A DNA stretch of 64,000 nt. It comes from Bacteroidota bacterium (lineage in GTDB: Bacteria > Bacteroidota > Bacteroidia > Chitinophagales > Chitinophagaceae). Under the pieces are notes generated by a model. It saw only the letters and a program-made list of their open reading frames with translations, was not told the origin of the DNA and searched no databases. The stretch lies in NCBI GenBank assembly GCA_947451115.1, contig CANFXV010000007.1, forward strand, positions 3,171 to 67,170, read 5' to 3'. Position numbers and translations under genes: made by a program. Of the stretch, positions 29,220 to 39,490 are shown in pieces; the stretch's first letter is position 1, and the number at the start of each line of letters is the position of its first letter.

Positions 29220-29303
29220 GCGAACTAATTTATAAGTAAAGATAAATTTTTTAAATTCATCGGCTATTAATTGTTTAAATTGCTCCTTTAAAATAACATT
29301 TTT

Positions 29304-29537
29304 ATGGAAAATGGACCAAGAGAAAAATCGGAGCGTACTTATCGAATTTTCAGAAGCATTTATGATTTTACCATGGCTTTTCTAATTTTGGGTTGCGGGG
29401 TGCTGATGTTGGGCGCCACGTGGTTTAAATTAGAAGCCATCCTGAATGCTGGCGGAGATTTTAGAAATATTTTTGGTGCCCTTTGTATCGTTTATGGAGG
29501 CTTTAGATTGTACCGTGGCATTCAACAATCGTATTAA
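29304..29537 (+). CDS. Small two-TM membrane protein
   Basis: 77 aa, two hydrophobic segments, YG.FRLYRG tail. Co-oriented with the downstream lipoprotein gene. Confidence 0.65.
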   Translation: MENGPREKSERTYRIFRSIYDFTMAFLILGCGVLMLGATWFKLEAILNAGGDFRNIFGALCIVYGGFRLYRGIQQSY

Positions 29538-29574
29538 GCGTCTTGGCTTTTCATCATCCCAATAATTCAATTTT

Positions 29575-30477
29575 ATGCGTTCACTGCTGACCTTATTTAT
29601 CGCCGGCCTATTGCTCACTGCTTGTGCTGAAAACCAACCAGCAAAGCCTTTGGAGTCTACTTCAGAAGGTACCATTTCAATAACCATCGAAGAAAGCTTT
29701 AGGTCTTTTATGAATCAAGAATTGAAAGTGTTTGCTTCTAGTTTTCCAAAAGCAGTCATTAAAGTGCAATACAAATCCGAAATAGAATGTTTTAAAGATT
29801 TAGCAGAAGATAGTACAAAAATGATTTTTGTCACAAGAGGATTAAATAAAGCAGAACAAGCCAATTATAAAAATCAATTGGGCTATGCACCCACTTTTGG
29901 AATCCTTGCCTACAATGCTATTGCAGTAGTTATTCATAAAGACGCCAAGGACAGCATCTTTACTATACAAGATTTACGAGACCGCCTTACCGGTAAAAAT
30001 CCACAACAAGTGGTCATGGATGGGGACCATTTAACAGGCGTGATTAGGTTTTTAATTGATAGCTTGGTGAAAACTAATAAATTAGGAAAAAATGTAATGG
30101 CTGCACAAGGAAGTAAAGAAGTGATTAAATATTTAAAAGATCATCCCAAGGCCATTGGCTTTATGGGGATGAATTGGATTGGGGATGATTATGATCCTAA
30201 TCAGGTAAAGGATAGATTACAATTAAAAATGGCCAAAATTGAGTGTACATTATGTACAGAGAAGGGCCTTTATGCGGCTCCTTCTCAAGCTACCATTAGC
30301 TTAGGCCAATATTCTTTGTCCTTGCCTATTTACTATATTTTAAAGGAAAATGCGCCTGGTTTAGGTTCGGGCTTGCTCAATTTCATGAGTTTGGAGCGAG
30401 GGCAGCTAATTTTTAGAAGAGCATTTTTAGTGCCCGCTAAAATGGGTTTTCAGAAACGAAATGGGATGATCAACTAG
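29575..30477 (+). CDS. PstS-like substrate-binding (PBP2-fold) lipoprotein
   Basis: Lipobox LLTAC, GTISI..EESF, AYNAIAVVIH, AIGF and RGQLIF motifs. No pstCAB nearby. Confidence 0.75.
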   Translation: MRSLLTLFIAGLLLTACAENQPAKPLESTSEGTISITIEESFRSFMNQELKVFASSFPKAVIKVQYKSEIECFKDLAEDSTKMIFVTRGLNKAEQANYKNQLGYAPTFGILAYNAIAVVIHKDAKDSIFTIQDLRDRLTGKNPQQVVMDGDHLTGVIRFLIDSLVKTNKLGKNVMAAQGSKEVIKYLKDHPKAIGFMGMNWIGDDYDPNQVKDRLQLKMAKIECTLCTEKGLYAAPSQATISLGQYSLSLPIYYILKENAPGLGSGLLNFMSLERGQLIFRRAFLVPAKMGFQKRNGMIN

Positions 30478-30661
30478 GCTTAACTAAAAACTAACAATTT
30501 ATAGTTGATTTAATAAAAATTTAATGGGTTTCTAGCGAAAAAATTAATATTTTTAGACCTTTCAAAGGAATCTATTTCCTTGAAGGAACATGTTTGTGTC
30601 CATTGGACATAAAGATTGGTTGAAGTGAGTAGTAGAATTATTTTAATATCAAATTGAAAAA

Positions 30662-32419
30662 ATGCAAGTGATGAAAAAATTGGTTTTATTGTTTATCGGA
30701 GTTGTTTTTGTAGCTGCAGGATTGCTTGCTCAAACGCCAGTAGCACCTTTGACAGAGGGCGTCAAATTATTGAACTATGAAAAAAACAAATCAGCACTTG
30801 TTTTCTTCAAAGAGGCTTTAGATAAAAACCCGGCCGATGGGGAAACTATATTTTGGTATGGCCAAGCTTTATTGGCTCAAAACTACAATGGTATTCCCAC
30901 TGCTGAATTCATCAAAAAAGCAAAAGATGCTTACCAGGCTGGTCTTCAAGCAAAGGGCAATGACCCATGGTTGTTGATTGGTATGTCACATATTCAATCC
31001 TTAGAAGGGGCTGACGCGAATGCAGTAAAACAAAACTTAGAAGTAGCTATTACTACTACACTTAATACCAAGGGAAAAGCTAAAGGGAAACCTAATCAAG
31101 AAATCATCAATGCCATTGGGCGTGTTTTTGCTGAGTTACCAATTAGCGTTGGAGACCACAAATATGCTGTAGATAAATTGAAAGAAACAGTGTCCGCTTA
31201 TGATGCGGTTAGTGCCGACTTGTATCTTAGCTTAGGAATCAATTATTTAAAATTGGGTGGCGAAAATGGCGGTGATGCAGTGACTGCTTTTCAAAATGCC
31301 ATCAGCAAAGATCCTAAAAATGCTTACGCCTATTATAGAATTGGTAAAGTGTATCAAACTCAAAGCAATCAAGAGTCATTAGAAGAAAATTACAAAAAGG
31401 CCATAGAAGCTGATATAGCTGTAGCTCCAGCGTATTTTGCTTTGTATGATTTTTACAAGGATAAAAATTCAAGCCTAGCGAAAGCCAATTTAGATTTGTT
31501 CTTAAAATACGCAGATAAGGATCCATTGTTTGACTATTATAGTGCAGACTATTTATATAGATCAGGTCAGTTTGATCAATCCTTAGAGAAGGCCAAAGCC
31601 ATGGAAGCTGCAGGGAATCTTACTATTTTTCCAACCTTGGCTGTATTGTTGGCAAAAAATTATGACCACAAGGGGGATTCTATTTTGGCAAAATCATATA
31701 TAGAGCCCTATATCAACAACACGCCTACTGATAAAATTGCAAGTTCAGATTACGAATTGGCCATCAAAATTTTATCTCGTTTTAGTGGGAATCAACAAGC
31801 ATTAGCAGCTTTATTAGACAAAGCCATTGCAGTGGATTCTAGTAAAGAAAACAAATTGAAATTTTACAAGTTAGGGGCTGATATGTTCGAGAAAGCAACC
31901 ATCTATTCAGAAGCCTTAAAATGGTACACCAATTTAATTAAGTTAAAAGGAGCCAAAGCGGAGTTTGATTATTATAAATTAGCTAGCCTTGCATTGAATG
32001 CAAAAAACGGCCCCGTTACGATGGAAATTGCCAAACAATATGTGGCCGCCTTCCCAGAAAAGCCTCAAGGTTATAATTTTAATACCAAGGGGGCAGCCTT
32101 AGTGGACAGCTCCAATAATCAAGGAATCTTGTTTGAAGCAGTTAATTTTCAAAATCAGTTTTTACTAAAAGACAGCGTTAAGAACAAACAAGCACTAATC
32201 AACAACTATTATACCCTTATTGGCTATTACAACGAAACCAAAGGCTATGACAATGCGGTGGTAATGTGTGATAAAGTGCTTGAATTAGTACCTAATGATC
32301 CTACCACCTTACAAGCCAAGGCCCAATTTGTTAAAAATGCCGAAATTTTGAAAAAAATGCAAGCAGGCAAGGGGGCAAAAGCAGCCGTTTCGGATACCAC
32401 GGCACCCAAGAAAAACTAA
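30662..32419 (+). CDS. Exported tetratricopeptide-repeat protein
   Basis: Signal peptide and repeated TPR helices (e.g. AISKDPKNAYAYYRIGKVY). Confidence 0.82.
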   Translation: MQVMKKLVLLFIGVVFVAAGLLAQTPVAPLTEGVKLLNYEKNKSALVFFKEALDKNPADGETIFWYGQALLAQNYNGIPTAEFIKKAKDAYQAGLQAKGNDPWLLIGMSHIQSLEGADANAVKQNLEVAITTTLNTKGKAKGKPNQEIINAIGRVFAELPISVGDHKYAVDKLKETVSAYDAVSADLYLSLGINYLKLGGENGGDAVTAFQNAISKDPKNAYAYYRIGKVYQTQSNQESLEENYKKAIEADIAVAPAYFALYDFYKDKNSSLAKANLDLFLKYADKDPLFDYYSADYLYRSGQFDQSLEKAKAMEAAGNLTIFPTLAVLLAKNYDHKGDSILAKSYIEPYINNTPTDKIASSDYELAIKILSRFSGNQQALAALLDKAIAVDSSKENKLKFYKLGADMFEKATIYSEALKWYTNLIKLKGAKAEFDYYKLASLALNAKNGPVTMEIAKQYVAAFPEKPQGYNFNTKGAALVDSSNNQGILFEAVNFQNQFLLKDSVKNKQALINNYYTLIGYYNETKGYDNAVVMCDKVLELVPNDPTTLQAKAQFVKNAEILKKMQAGKGAKAAVSDTTAPKKN

Positions 32420-32464
32420 ATTTAAGCATTTGGCAGCCTGCTGCATCTGTTCATAAATAATTTA

Positions 32465-32494
32465 AAAAAACTCCCTAATTATAGGGAGTTTTTT
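32465..32494 (+). terminator. Rho-independent terminator (possibly bidirectional)
   Basis: AAAAAACTCCCTA-ATTA-TAGGGAGTTTTTT perfect inverted repeat. Confidence 0.8.
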
Positions 32495-32516
32495 ACTTTA
32501 GGTGCTATCCTTTGCG

Positions 32517-32524
32517 TATTTTTG
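32517..32524 (+). promoter_or_regulatory. -7 promoter element (TATTTTTG) for the nuo operon
   Basis: Exact TAnnTTTG between the terminator and nuoA. Confidence 0.6.
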
Positions 32525-32543
32525 CGGCACCTAAACCAACCGT

Positions 32544-32945
32544 ATGAATTTGCTGCAGTTTTTGATTTCTATAAACGAAACAAACAGCGCTAATAATTAC
32601 TTACCTATAGCCTTACAATTGCTATTTGCAGGTGGCTTTGTGTCACTGATGTTGTTGATGTCCAATTTCTTAGGACCTAAGCGAAAAACATCGGATAAAT
32701 TAGAAAATTTTGCCAGCGGAATTGAAACACATGGAGATGCTAGATCACCTATGGCCATCAAGTATTTCTTGGTAGCTATCTTGTTTGTGTTGTTTGATGT
32801 GGAGGTTATTTTCTTTTATCCTTATGCGGTAAATTTCAAAAGTTTGGGCTGGGCTGGGTTTTTCGAAGTGGTTTTATTTGTAGCTTTTTTCTTGGTGGGT
32901 TTTATTTACATCATCAAGAAAGGGGCTTTACAGTGGGAAGATTAA
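32544..32945 (+). CDS. nuoA: NADH-quinone oxidoreductase subunit A
   Basis: YFLVAILFVLFDVE...KGALQW motifs. Confidence 0.93.
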   Translation: MNLLQFLISINETNSANNYLPIALQLLFAGGFVSLMLLMSNFLGPKRKTSDKLENFASGIETHGDARSPMAIKYFLVAILFVLFDVEVIFFYPYAVNFKSLGWAGFFEVVLFVAFFLVGFIYIIKKGALQWED

Positions 32946-32968
32946 TTTAAAAAAATTAAAGCAAGTAT

Positions 32969-33556
32969 ATGCGTCCTGTTAGATTTAATTTGAACCCAAA
33001 AGAAGCTGAGATCACAGAAGCTATCTCTATGGGTAAAGCACCAGATGGTGTGCCAGGGGATGGATTTTTTGCCACACAGTTGAGCTCAGTCGTTGGACTA
33101 GCTAGAAAAAATTCTTTATGGCCTTTACCCTTTGCTACTTCTTGTTGTGGAATTGAATTTATGGCGACCATGGCTTCGCATTATGATTTAGCTCGCTTTG
33201 GTTCGGAGCGTGTAGGTTTTTCTCCACGTCAATGCGATTTATTAATGGTGATGGGCACCATTGCCAAAAAAATGGCACCTGTTTTAAGACAAGTGTATTT
33301 GCAAATGGCTGAACCACGTTGGGTTATCGCTGTTGGTGCTTGCGCTTCTAGCGGTGGCATATTCGACACCTACAGTGTACTACAAGGCATTGATCAGGTT
33401 ATTCCTGTAGATGTATATGTCCCAGGTTGTCCTCCAAGACCAGAAGCCATTATTGATGGGTTTATGAAAATCCAAGATTTAGTAGGGCAAGAAAGTATAC
33501 GCAGACGTAACAGCGAAAAATACCGCGACTTATTAAATAGCTACGGCATCCAATAA
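32969..33556 (+). CDS. nuoB: NADH-quinone oxidoreductase subunit B
   Basis: SCCGIE, SPRQ.D, GACA and PGCPPRP motifs. Confidence 0.95.
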   Translation: MRPVRFNLNPKEAEITEAISMGKAPDGVPGDGFFATQLSSVVGLARKNSLWPLPFATSCCGIEFMATMASHYDLARFGSERVGFSPRQCDLLMVMGTIAKKMAPVLRQVYLQMAEPRWVIAVGACASSGGIFDTYSVLQGIDQVIPVDVYVPGCPPRPEAIIDGFMKIQDLVGQESIRRRNSEKYRDLLNSYGIQ

Positions 33557-33586
33557 AAAAATAGAGCAAAAAATTTTTGAACAGAA

Positions 33587-34093
33587 ATGGCATTAAGCAA
33601 CGAGACGATACAAAATAAATTAGTAGAAAAATTTGGAGACCAAGTCTTGAATTTCTCGACTGCGTCTGGTATTTTGTCTTTTGAATCTTCCAAGGAAATC
33701 AATTTAAAAGTACTTCAATATTTATATGAAGAACCTAGCTTAGGTTTTACTTTCTTAACCGATTTATGTGGAGTAAATTATCCCGATAACAAAGGTGCGG
33801 AATTAGTGGTTGTTTATCATCTGCATAATTTTTCAGAAAATATTCGTTTGCGTTATTCAGTGAGTACCTCCGTGACTGAAACAGCGGTATTTACAGCTAG
33901 CAAATTATTTGAATCTGCTAATTGGATGGAGCGTGAGACATATGATTTTTTCGGAATCAATTTTGTAGGCCATCCTAATTTAAAACGCATTTTGAATGTA
34001 GACGAAATGGATTATTTTCCTTTAAGAAAAGAATATCCATTGGAAGATCAAACGCGAATAGATAAGGATGATGAAATGTTTGGAAGAGGATAA
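33587..34093 (+). CDS. nuoC: NADH-quinone oxidoreductase subunit C
   Basis: ANWMERETYDFFGI.F.GHP.L.RIL...PLRKEYP motif. Confidence 0.94.
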   Translation: MALSNETIQNKLVEKFGDQVLNFSTASGILSFESSKEINLKVLQYLYEEPSLGFTFLTDLCGVNYPDNKGAELVVVYHLHNFSENIRLRYSVSTSVTETAVFTASKLFESANWMERETYDFFGINFVGHPNLKRILNVDEMDYFPLRKEYPLEDQTRIDKDDEMFGRG

Positions 34094-34123
34094 ACAATAA
34101 AAAAAAGGCGCAATAAAAATAGA

Positions 34124-35350
34124 ATGGAACATCAAACGCATATAACACTGCCAAAAGGGTCAATCGAAAAGACAACGACCACTTTAAATATTGGGCCTAC
34201 CCATCCGGCAACGCATGGGGTGTTTCAGAATATTATGGAAGTGGATGGAGAGCGTGTGGTCTCCACCGAACAAACAGTGGGCTATATTCACCGTGCTTTT
34301 GAAAAATTAGCAGAACGTCGTCCTTTATATCAAATCACGCCAATTACCGATCGTTTAAATTATTGTAGTAGTCCTATTAATAATATGGGCTGGCATATTA
34401 CCTGCGAAAGGTTTTTAAAATTAGAATTGCCTAAGCGTGTCGATTACTTGCGTGTCATTATCATGGAACTAGCACGTATTTCGGATCATTTAATTTGTAA
34501 TTCAATTGTGGGGGTGGATACAGGTGCGTATACAGGATTTTTATACGTGATGCAATACCGTGAATTAATTTATGAAATATATGAAGAAGTATGTGGGTCC
34601 CGTCTTACTACTAATATTGGCCGCATTGGTGGCTTTGAAAGGAATTTTACAAATACTGCATTTACGAAACTCGAGAAATTCTTAAACGAGTATCCAAAAG
34701 TTTTAAAGGAATTCGAAAATTTATTTGCGCGCAATAGAATTTTCATGGAGCGTACCCAAGGCACAGGAGGCATAAGCGCAGCACGTGCTATGAATTACGG
34801 ATTTACTGGTCCTAACTTACGCGCAGCAGGGGTGGACTATGATGTGCGTGTGCAACAACCTTATAGTAGCTACCAAGATTTTGATTTTAAAGTACCTGTG
34901 GGAACCACCGGTGACAATTACGATCGTTTTTTAGTACGCAATGCAGAAATGTACGAGAGTATATCTATCATTAAGCAGGCCTATCAAAAAATACAAGAAT
35001 TTAAAGGAACAGATGCGGAAGTATACCATGCCGATGTACCTGAATACTATTTGCCAAAGAAAGAAGATGTCTATACCAAGATGGAAGCATTGATTTGGCA
35101 TTTTAAAATTATCATGGGAGAGATTGATTTACCAAAGGGTCAAATATATAGTGCAGTGGAAGGGGGTAATGGAGAATTAGGTTTCTATTTGGTAAGTGAT
35201 GGTGGACGTACCCCATTCAGATTACATTTTAGAAGACCTTGTTTTATTTATTATCAAGCCTTTGAGGAATTGATTAAAGGGGGCATGTTAAGTGATGCGG
35301 TGGTCACCATGAGTAGTTTGAATTTGATCGCAGGAGAGTTGGATGCGTAG
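34124..35350 (+). CDS. nuoD: NADH-quinone oxidoreductase subunit D
   Basis: NIGPTHPATHGV, GYIHR..EK, DRLNY and ELARI..H motifs. Confidence 0.95.
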   Translation: MEHQTHITLPKGSIEKTTTTLNIGPTHPATHGVFQNIMEVDGERVVSTEQTVGYIHRAFEKLAERRPLYQITPITDRLNYCSSPINNMGWHITCERFLKLELPKRVDYLRVIIMELARISDHLICNSIVGVDTGAYTGFLYVMQYRELIYEIYEEVCGSRLTTNIGRIGGFERNFTNTAFTKLEKFLNEYPKVLKEFENLFARNRIFMERTQGTGGISAARAMNYGFTGPNLRAAGVDYDVRVQQPYSSYQDFDFKVPVGTTGDNYDRFLVRNAEMYESISIIKQAYQKIQEFKGTDAEVYHADVPEYYLPKKEDVYTKMEALIWHFKIIMGEIDLPKGQIYSAVEGGNGELGFYLVSDGGRTPFRLHFRRPCFIYYQAFEELIKGGMLSDAVVTMSSLNLIAGELDA

Positions 35351-35398
35351 CTTTTGCGATGTGTAGGAAAATAATTATTGAGAAAATGAAATTTGTAT

Positions 35399-35902
35399 AT
35401 GAGTCTTCAATTTAATAACGAACAAATGACCGAGTTTAACCGCTTGGTGGCTCGTTATCCAGAAGGGAAACAAAAAAGTGCACTGCTACCGGTATTGCAT
35501 TTAGCGCAGGATAGTTTTGGAGGCTGGTTGCCAACCGAAGCTATGGACTATGTGGCAGGCTTGTTAAAAATCGAACCTATTGAAGTGTATGAAGTGGCTA
35601 CTTTTTACAGTATGTACAATTTAAAGCCTGTAGGCAAATTTGTATTTGAAGTTTGTCAAACGGGTCCATGTATGGTGAGCGGTTCAGATAATATCATTGC
35701 CTATATACAAAAGCAATTAGCTATTCAGCCTGGTGAAACCACTAAGGATGGAATGTTTACTTTAAAATTAGTAGAATGCTTAGGGGCTTGTGGCTATGCC
35801 CCCATGATGCAAGTAGGAAAAATTTATAGAGAACATTTGACCAAGGAAAAAGTAGATGCGATTATTGCAGAATATAGAATGCAAGTAGTAGCGCAAAATT
35901 AG
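35399..35902 (+). CDS. nuoE: NADH-quinone oxidoreductase subunit E
   Basis: VATFYSMY, CQTGPC and ECLGAC..AP motifs. ATG at 35399 preferred. Confidence 0.94.
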   Translation: MSLQFNNEQMTEFNRLVARYPEGKQKSALLPVLHLAQDSFGGWLPTEAMDYVAGLLKIEPIEVYEVATFYSMYNLKPVGKFVFEVCQTGPCMVSGSDNIIAYIQKQLAIQPGETTKDGMFTLKLVECLGACGYAPMMQVGKIYREHLTKEKVDAIIAEYRMQVVAQN

Positions 35903-35921
35903 AAAAGATAAAGAAGCAACA

Positions 35922-37274
35922 ATGGGTGTAAAATTATTATTAGAGAAAGCCAACGTGCCAGGTATTCGTACTTATGATGTTTATCGTCGTGAGGGAGGAT
36001 ATGCGACTGCAGAAAAAGCGTTGAAAGAAATGTCCATTGAAGCCATTGTTGAAGAAGTAAAGAAAAGCGGACTTCGTGGAAGAGGCGGTGCTGGTTTCCC
36101 TGCAGGCATGAAATGGAGTTTTATTGCAAAACCAGAAGGCGTGCCACGCCACCTGGTATGTAATGCAGATGAAAGTGAGCCCGGTACATTTAAGGATAGA
36201 TATTTAATGGAATTCTTACCCCATTTATTAATAGAAGGCTTACTTATTTCTTCTTATGCTTTAGGATCTAACGATACTTACATATATATAAGAGGTGAAT
36301 ACGCATGGGTGGCTCAAATTTTAGAGGATGCTATTGTAGAAGCCACTAAAAATGGTTGGTTAGGAAAAAATATTTTAGGCACTGGATTTGATTGTAGGAT
36401 TCATGTACACCGTGGTGCAGGTGCTTATATCTGTGGAGAGGAAACAGCACTCATAGAATCATTGGAAGGTAAAAGAGGTAATCCTCGTATCAAACCTCCA
36501 TTTCCAGCCATTCAAGGATTATGGATGCGCCCAACAGTGGTGAACAATGTAGAAACTTTAGCAGCCATAGTGCCCATTATAAAATTGGGCGGTGAGGAAT
36601 ATGCAAAAATTGGGGTGGGCCGTTCTACAGGTACTAAATTAATTTCTGCTTGTGGAAATATTAATAAGCCAGGAGTGTATGAAATTGATATGACTATTTC
36701 AGTTGAAGATTTTATTTACAGCGATGAATATTGTGGAGGTATTGCTGGTGGCAAAAAATTAAAAGCTTGTATTCCAGGGGGTTCTTCTGTGCCTATTTTA
36801 CCTGCGAATCTTTTATTAAAAACAGCCAAGGGGGAAACGCGTTACATGAACTATGAAAGTTTAAGTGACGGTGGTTTTGCATCAGGTTCTATGATGGGCT
36901 CTGGTGGTTTTATTATTTTAGATGAAGACCAATGTATTGTAAAAAATACTTTAACCCTAGCGCGTTTTTACAGACACGAAAGCTGTGGACAATGTTCACC
37001 TTGCAGAGAAGGAACAGGATGGATGGAAAAAATACTACAAAAAATTGAATTAGGAAAAGGAGAGATGAGTGATATAGATTTATTGTGGGACATTCAAAGA
37101 AAAATAGAAGGCAATACCATTTGTCCTTTAGGAGATGCAGCCGCTTGGCCAGTAGCCGCAGCGATTAGACATTTCCGTGATGAATTTGAATGGCATATCA
37201 ACAATAGAGAACTATCACAAACAAGTAATTTTGGTTTACAACACTATGCAGACCCTATTCATGTGCCTGCATAA
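35922..37274 (+). CDS. nuoF: NADH-quinone oxidoreductase subunit F
   Basis: GLRGRGGAGFP, NADESEPG, GAGAYICGEETAL and ESCGQCSPCREG motifs. Confidence 0.96.
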   Translation: MGVKLLLEKANVPGIRTYDVYRREGGYATAEKALKEMSIEAIVEEVKKSGLRGRGGAGFPAGMKWSFIAKPEGVPRHLVCNADESEPGTFKDRYLMEFLPHLLIEGLLISSYALGSNDTYIYIRGEYAWVAQILEDAIVEATKNGWLGKNILGTGFDCRIHVHRGAGAYICGEETALIESLEGKRGNPRIKPPFPAIQGLWMRPTVVNNVETLAAIVPIIKLGGEEYAKIGVGRSTGTKLISACGNINKPGVYEIDMTISVEDFIYSDEYCGGIAGGKKLKACIPGGSSVPILPANLLLKTAKGETRYMNYESLSDGGFASGSMMGSGGFIILDEDQCIVKNTLTLARFYRHESCGQCSPCREGTGWMEKILQKIELGKGEMSDIDLLWDIQRKIEGNTICPLGDAAAWPVAAAIRHFRDEFEWHINNRELSQTSNFGLQHYADPIHVPA

Positions 37275-37288
37275 CATTGCGTAAAACT

Positions 37289-38413
37289 ATGAGTGAACAA
37301 ACATTATTTAAAGTAACAGTAGACAACATTACCATTGAAGTACCAGCGGGCACGACGATATTGCAAGCGGCACGTAAAATTGGTGGTGCGGTGGCACCAC
37401 CGGCAATGTGTTATTATAGCAAGTTGCAAGGAAGTGGCGGAAAATGTCGTACCTGTTTAGTAGAAGTTTCAAAAGGTTCTGAAAAAGATCCTCGTCCAAT
37501 GCCCAAACTAGTGGCTTCTTGTAGAACCACAGTAATGGATGGAATGGAGGTTAAAAATATTACCAGTGAAAAAGTAATTGATGCAAGAGCAGGGGTGGTT
37601 GAATTTTTATTATTGAATCATCCCCTTGATTGTCCCATATGTGATCAGGCAGGAGAATGTCATTTGCAAGATTTAAGTTTTGAACATGGCAAGTCTAGCA
37701 CACGCTATGAATTTCAAAGACGTACTTTTAAGAAACATGATTTAGGTAAACATATTCAACTACATATGACACGTTGTATTTTGTGCTACCGTTGTGTGTT
37801 TACCGCCGACCAATTAACCAATAAAAGAGCGCACGGAATTTTAGACAGAGGCGACCATGCCGAAATTGCCACCCATATTGAAAAAAGCTTGGACAATGAG
37901 TTTATAGGCAATGTCATTGATGTGTGTCCAGTGGGGGCTTTAACCGATAAAACATTCCGTTTTAAAAATAGAGTATGGTTTTTAAAACCAATGGATGCAC
38001 ACCGCGATTGTCCAACCTGTTCTGGTCGTGTAACTTTGTGGAATAGAGGTGATGAAGTATTTAGAGTTACTGCACGCAAGGACGAGTGGGGAGAAATTGA
38101 AGACACACCCGAAGGTAAGCCAGGATGGATTTGCAACACCTGTCGTTTTGATAAAAAACATGCCAATGATTGGGTGATTGAAGGTCCACGTGAAATCAGC
38201 AGGCATTCCGTTATTGCACAAGGTCATTATGCAGGAAATATTGGCACCACAATTCCAACAGAAACATTTAAAGCAGTGAATGATGGCAGAGCCCCTCATT
38301 TATTGATGGACATCCACAATGAAAGTGAAGTTAACTTACCTTCTATTCATTTAAGTGAAATTGAAGGGCCTTCTCATGGAACTACTTTTAATAATAAATC
38401 TAATAACGCCTAA
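37289..38413 (+). CDS. nuoG: NADH-quinone oxidoreductase subunit G, short form (N-terminal Fe-S domains only)
   Basis: C...CRTC...C (N1b), HPLDCPICDQAGEC (N5) and CILCYRC...CPVGAL (N4). Lies between nuoF and nuoH. Confidence 0.88.
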   Translation: MSEQTLFKVTVDNITIEVPAGTTILQAARKIGGAVAPPAMCYYSKLQGSGGKCRTCLVEVSKGSEKDPRPMPKLVASCRTTVMDGMEVKNITSEKVIDARAGVVEFLLLNHPLDCPICDQAGECHLQDLSFEHGKSSTRYEFQRRTFKKHDLGKHIQLHMTRCILCYRCVFTADQLTNKRAHGILDRGDHAEIATHIEKSLDNEFIGNVIDVCPVGALTDKTFRFKNRVWFLKPMDAHRDCPTCSGRVTLWNRGDEVFRVTARKDEWGEIEDTPEGKPGWICNTCRFDKKHANDWVIEGPREISRHSVIAQGHYAGNIGTTIPTETFKAVNDGRAPHLLMDIHNESEVNLPSIHLSEIEGPSHGTTFNNKSNNA

Positions 38414-38423
38414 TAAATAAAGT

Positions 38424-39467
38424 ATGACACTACTCGCATTTGATTGGGCATTTGTAATTGAAAAATTAATAGTCATTGCCATTATAGTTTTTGCAAGTTT
38501 GGGCATTGCCTTGTACACTACTTTTGGCGAAAGAAAAGTGGCAGCTATTTTACAAGACCGTCCAGGTCCGAATAGAGTAGGTCCATTTGGTTTATTGCAA
38601 CCTCTAGCGGATGGTTTGAAATTAATCATGAAGGAAGAAATTATTCCCAATGCATCCAGCAGATGGTTATTTATATTGGGTCCAGGCTTAGCCATGACTG
38701 CAAGTTTGATGACTTGTGCGGTGATACCTTGGGGCACGGCATTACATTTATTTGGAAGAACCATTGAACTACAAGTGGCCGATGTTAACATTGGCATTTT
38801 ATACGTTTTCGCTGTAGTAAGTATGGGTGTTTATGGTATTATGATCGGAGGATGGGCATCCAACAATAAATTCTCTTTGATGTCTGCTTTAAGAGCGGCC
38901 TCTCAAGCAATAAGTTATGAAATTGCCATGGGCTTGGCTTTAATTGCACTACTGATGACCACGGGTACTTTGAGTTTAAAAACCATTGTGGCGGATCAAG
39001 TGGCAGGACATTATTGGAATGTGGTTTATCAGCCCTTGGGTTTTTTAATTTTCTTCATTTGCGCGATGGCCGAATGTAATCGTACCCCTTTTGATTTACC
39101 AGAAGCAGAGAATGAATTAAACTTTGGTTACCACCAAGAGTATTCTTCTATGAAATTAGGTTTTTATTTATTTGCAGAATATGTGAACATGATTATGAGC
39201 AGTGCTATTATGGCTTCAATGTATTTTGGGGGCTATGACTTACCTTTCTTTAATGAAAGTTCAGTAGCGCCAAATATTGCAGCCATGATTGGAGTGGGCA
39301 CTTTGCTTATTAAAATTGTGTTGTTTATATTTTTATTTATGTGGATTCGTTGGACCATTCCAAGATTTAGGTATGATCAATTGATGAACTTAGGTTGGAA
39401 AAAAATGATTCCCCTGGCCTTATTTAATATGTTGCTCACGGGAGCTTTAATTTTATCCAAATTATAA
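38424..39467 (+). CDS. nuoH: NADH-quinone oxidoreductase subunit H
   Basis: ERKV...R.GPN..GP.GLLQP.AD..KL, AE.NRTPFDL.EAE.EL and PRFRYDQLM motifs. Confidence 0.96.
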   Translation: MTLLAFDWAFVIEKLIVIAIIVFASLGIALYTTFGERKVAAILQDRPGPNRVGPFGLLQPLADGLKLIMKEEIIPNASSRWLFILGPGLAMTASLMTCAVIPWGTALHLFGRTIELQVADVNIGILYVFAVVSMGVYGIMIGGWASNNKFSLMSALRAASQAISYEIAMGLALIALLMTTGTLSLKTIVADQVAGHYWNVVYQPLGFLIFFICAMAECNRTPFDLPEAENELNFGYHQEYSSMKLGFYLFAEYVNMIMSSAIMASMYFGGYDLPFFNESSVAPNIAAMIGVGTLLIKIVLFIFLFMWIRWTIPRFRYDQLMNLGWKKMIPLALFNMLLTGALILSKL

Positions 39468-39490
39468 TTATAAAATTGTACGAATAAAAG

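Noticed and set aside
29575-30477. Phosphate ABC transport system (pstS)
   Set aside because: No pstC, pstA, pstB or phoU in the window, so no gene symbol was assigned.
37289-38413. nuoG pseudogene
   Set aside because: All electron-path Fe-S motifs are intact, the operon is tight, and there is no remnant of a downstream half.
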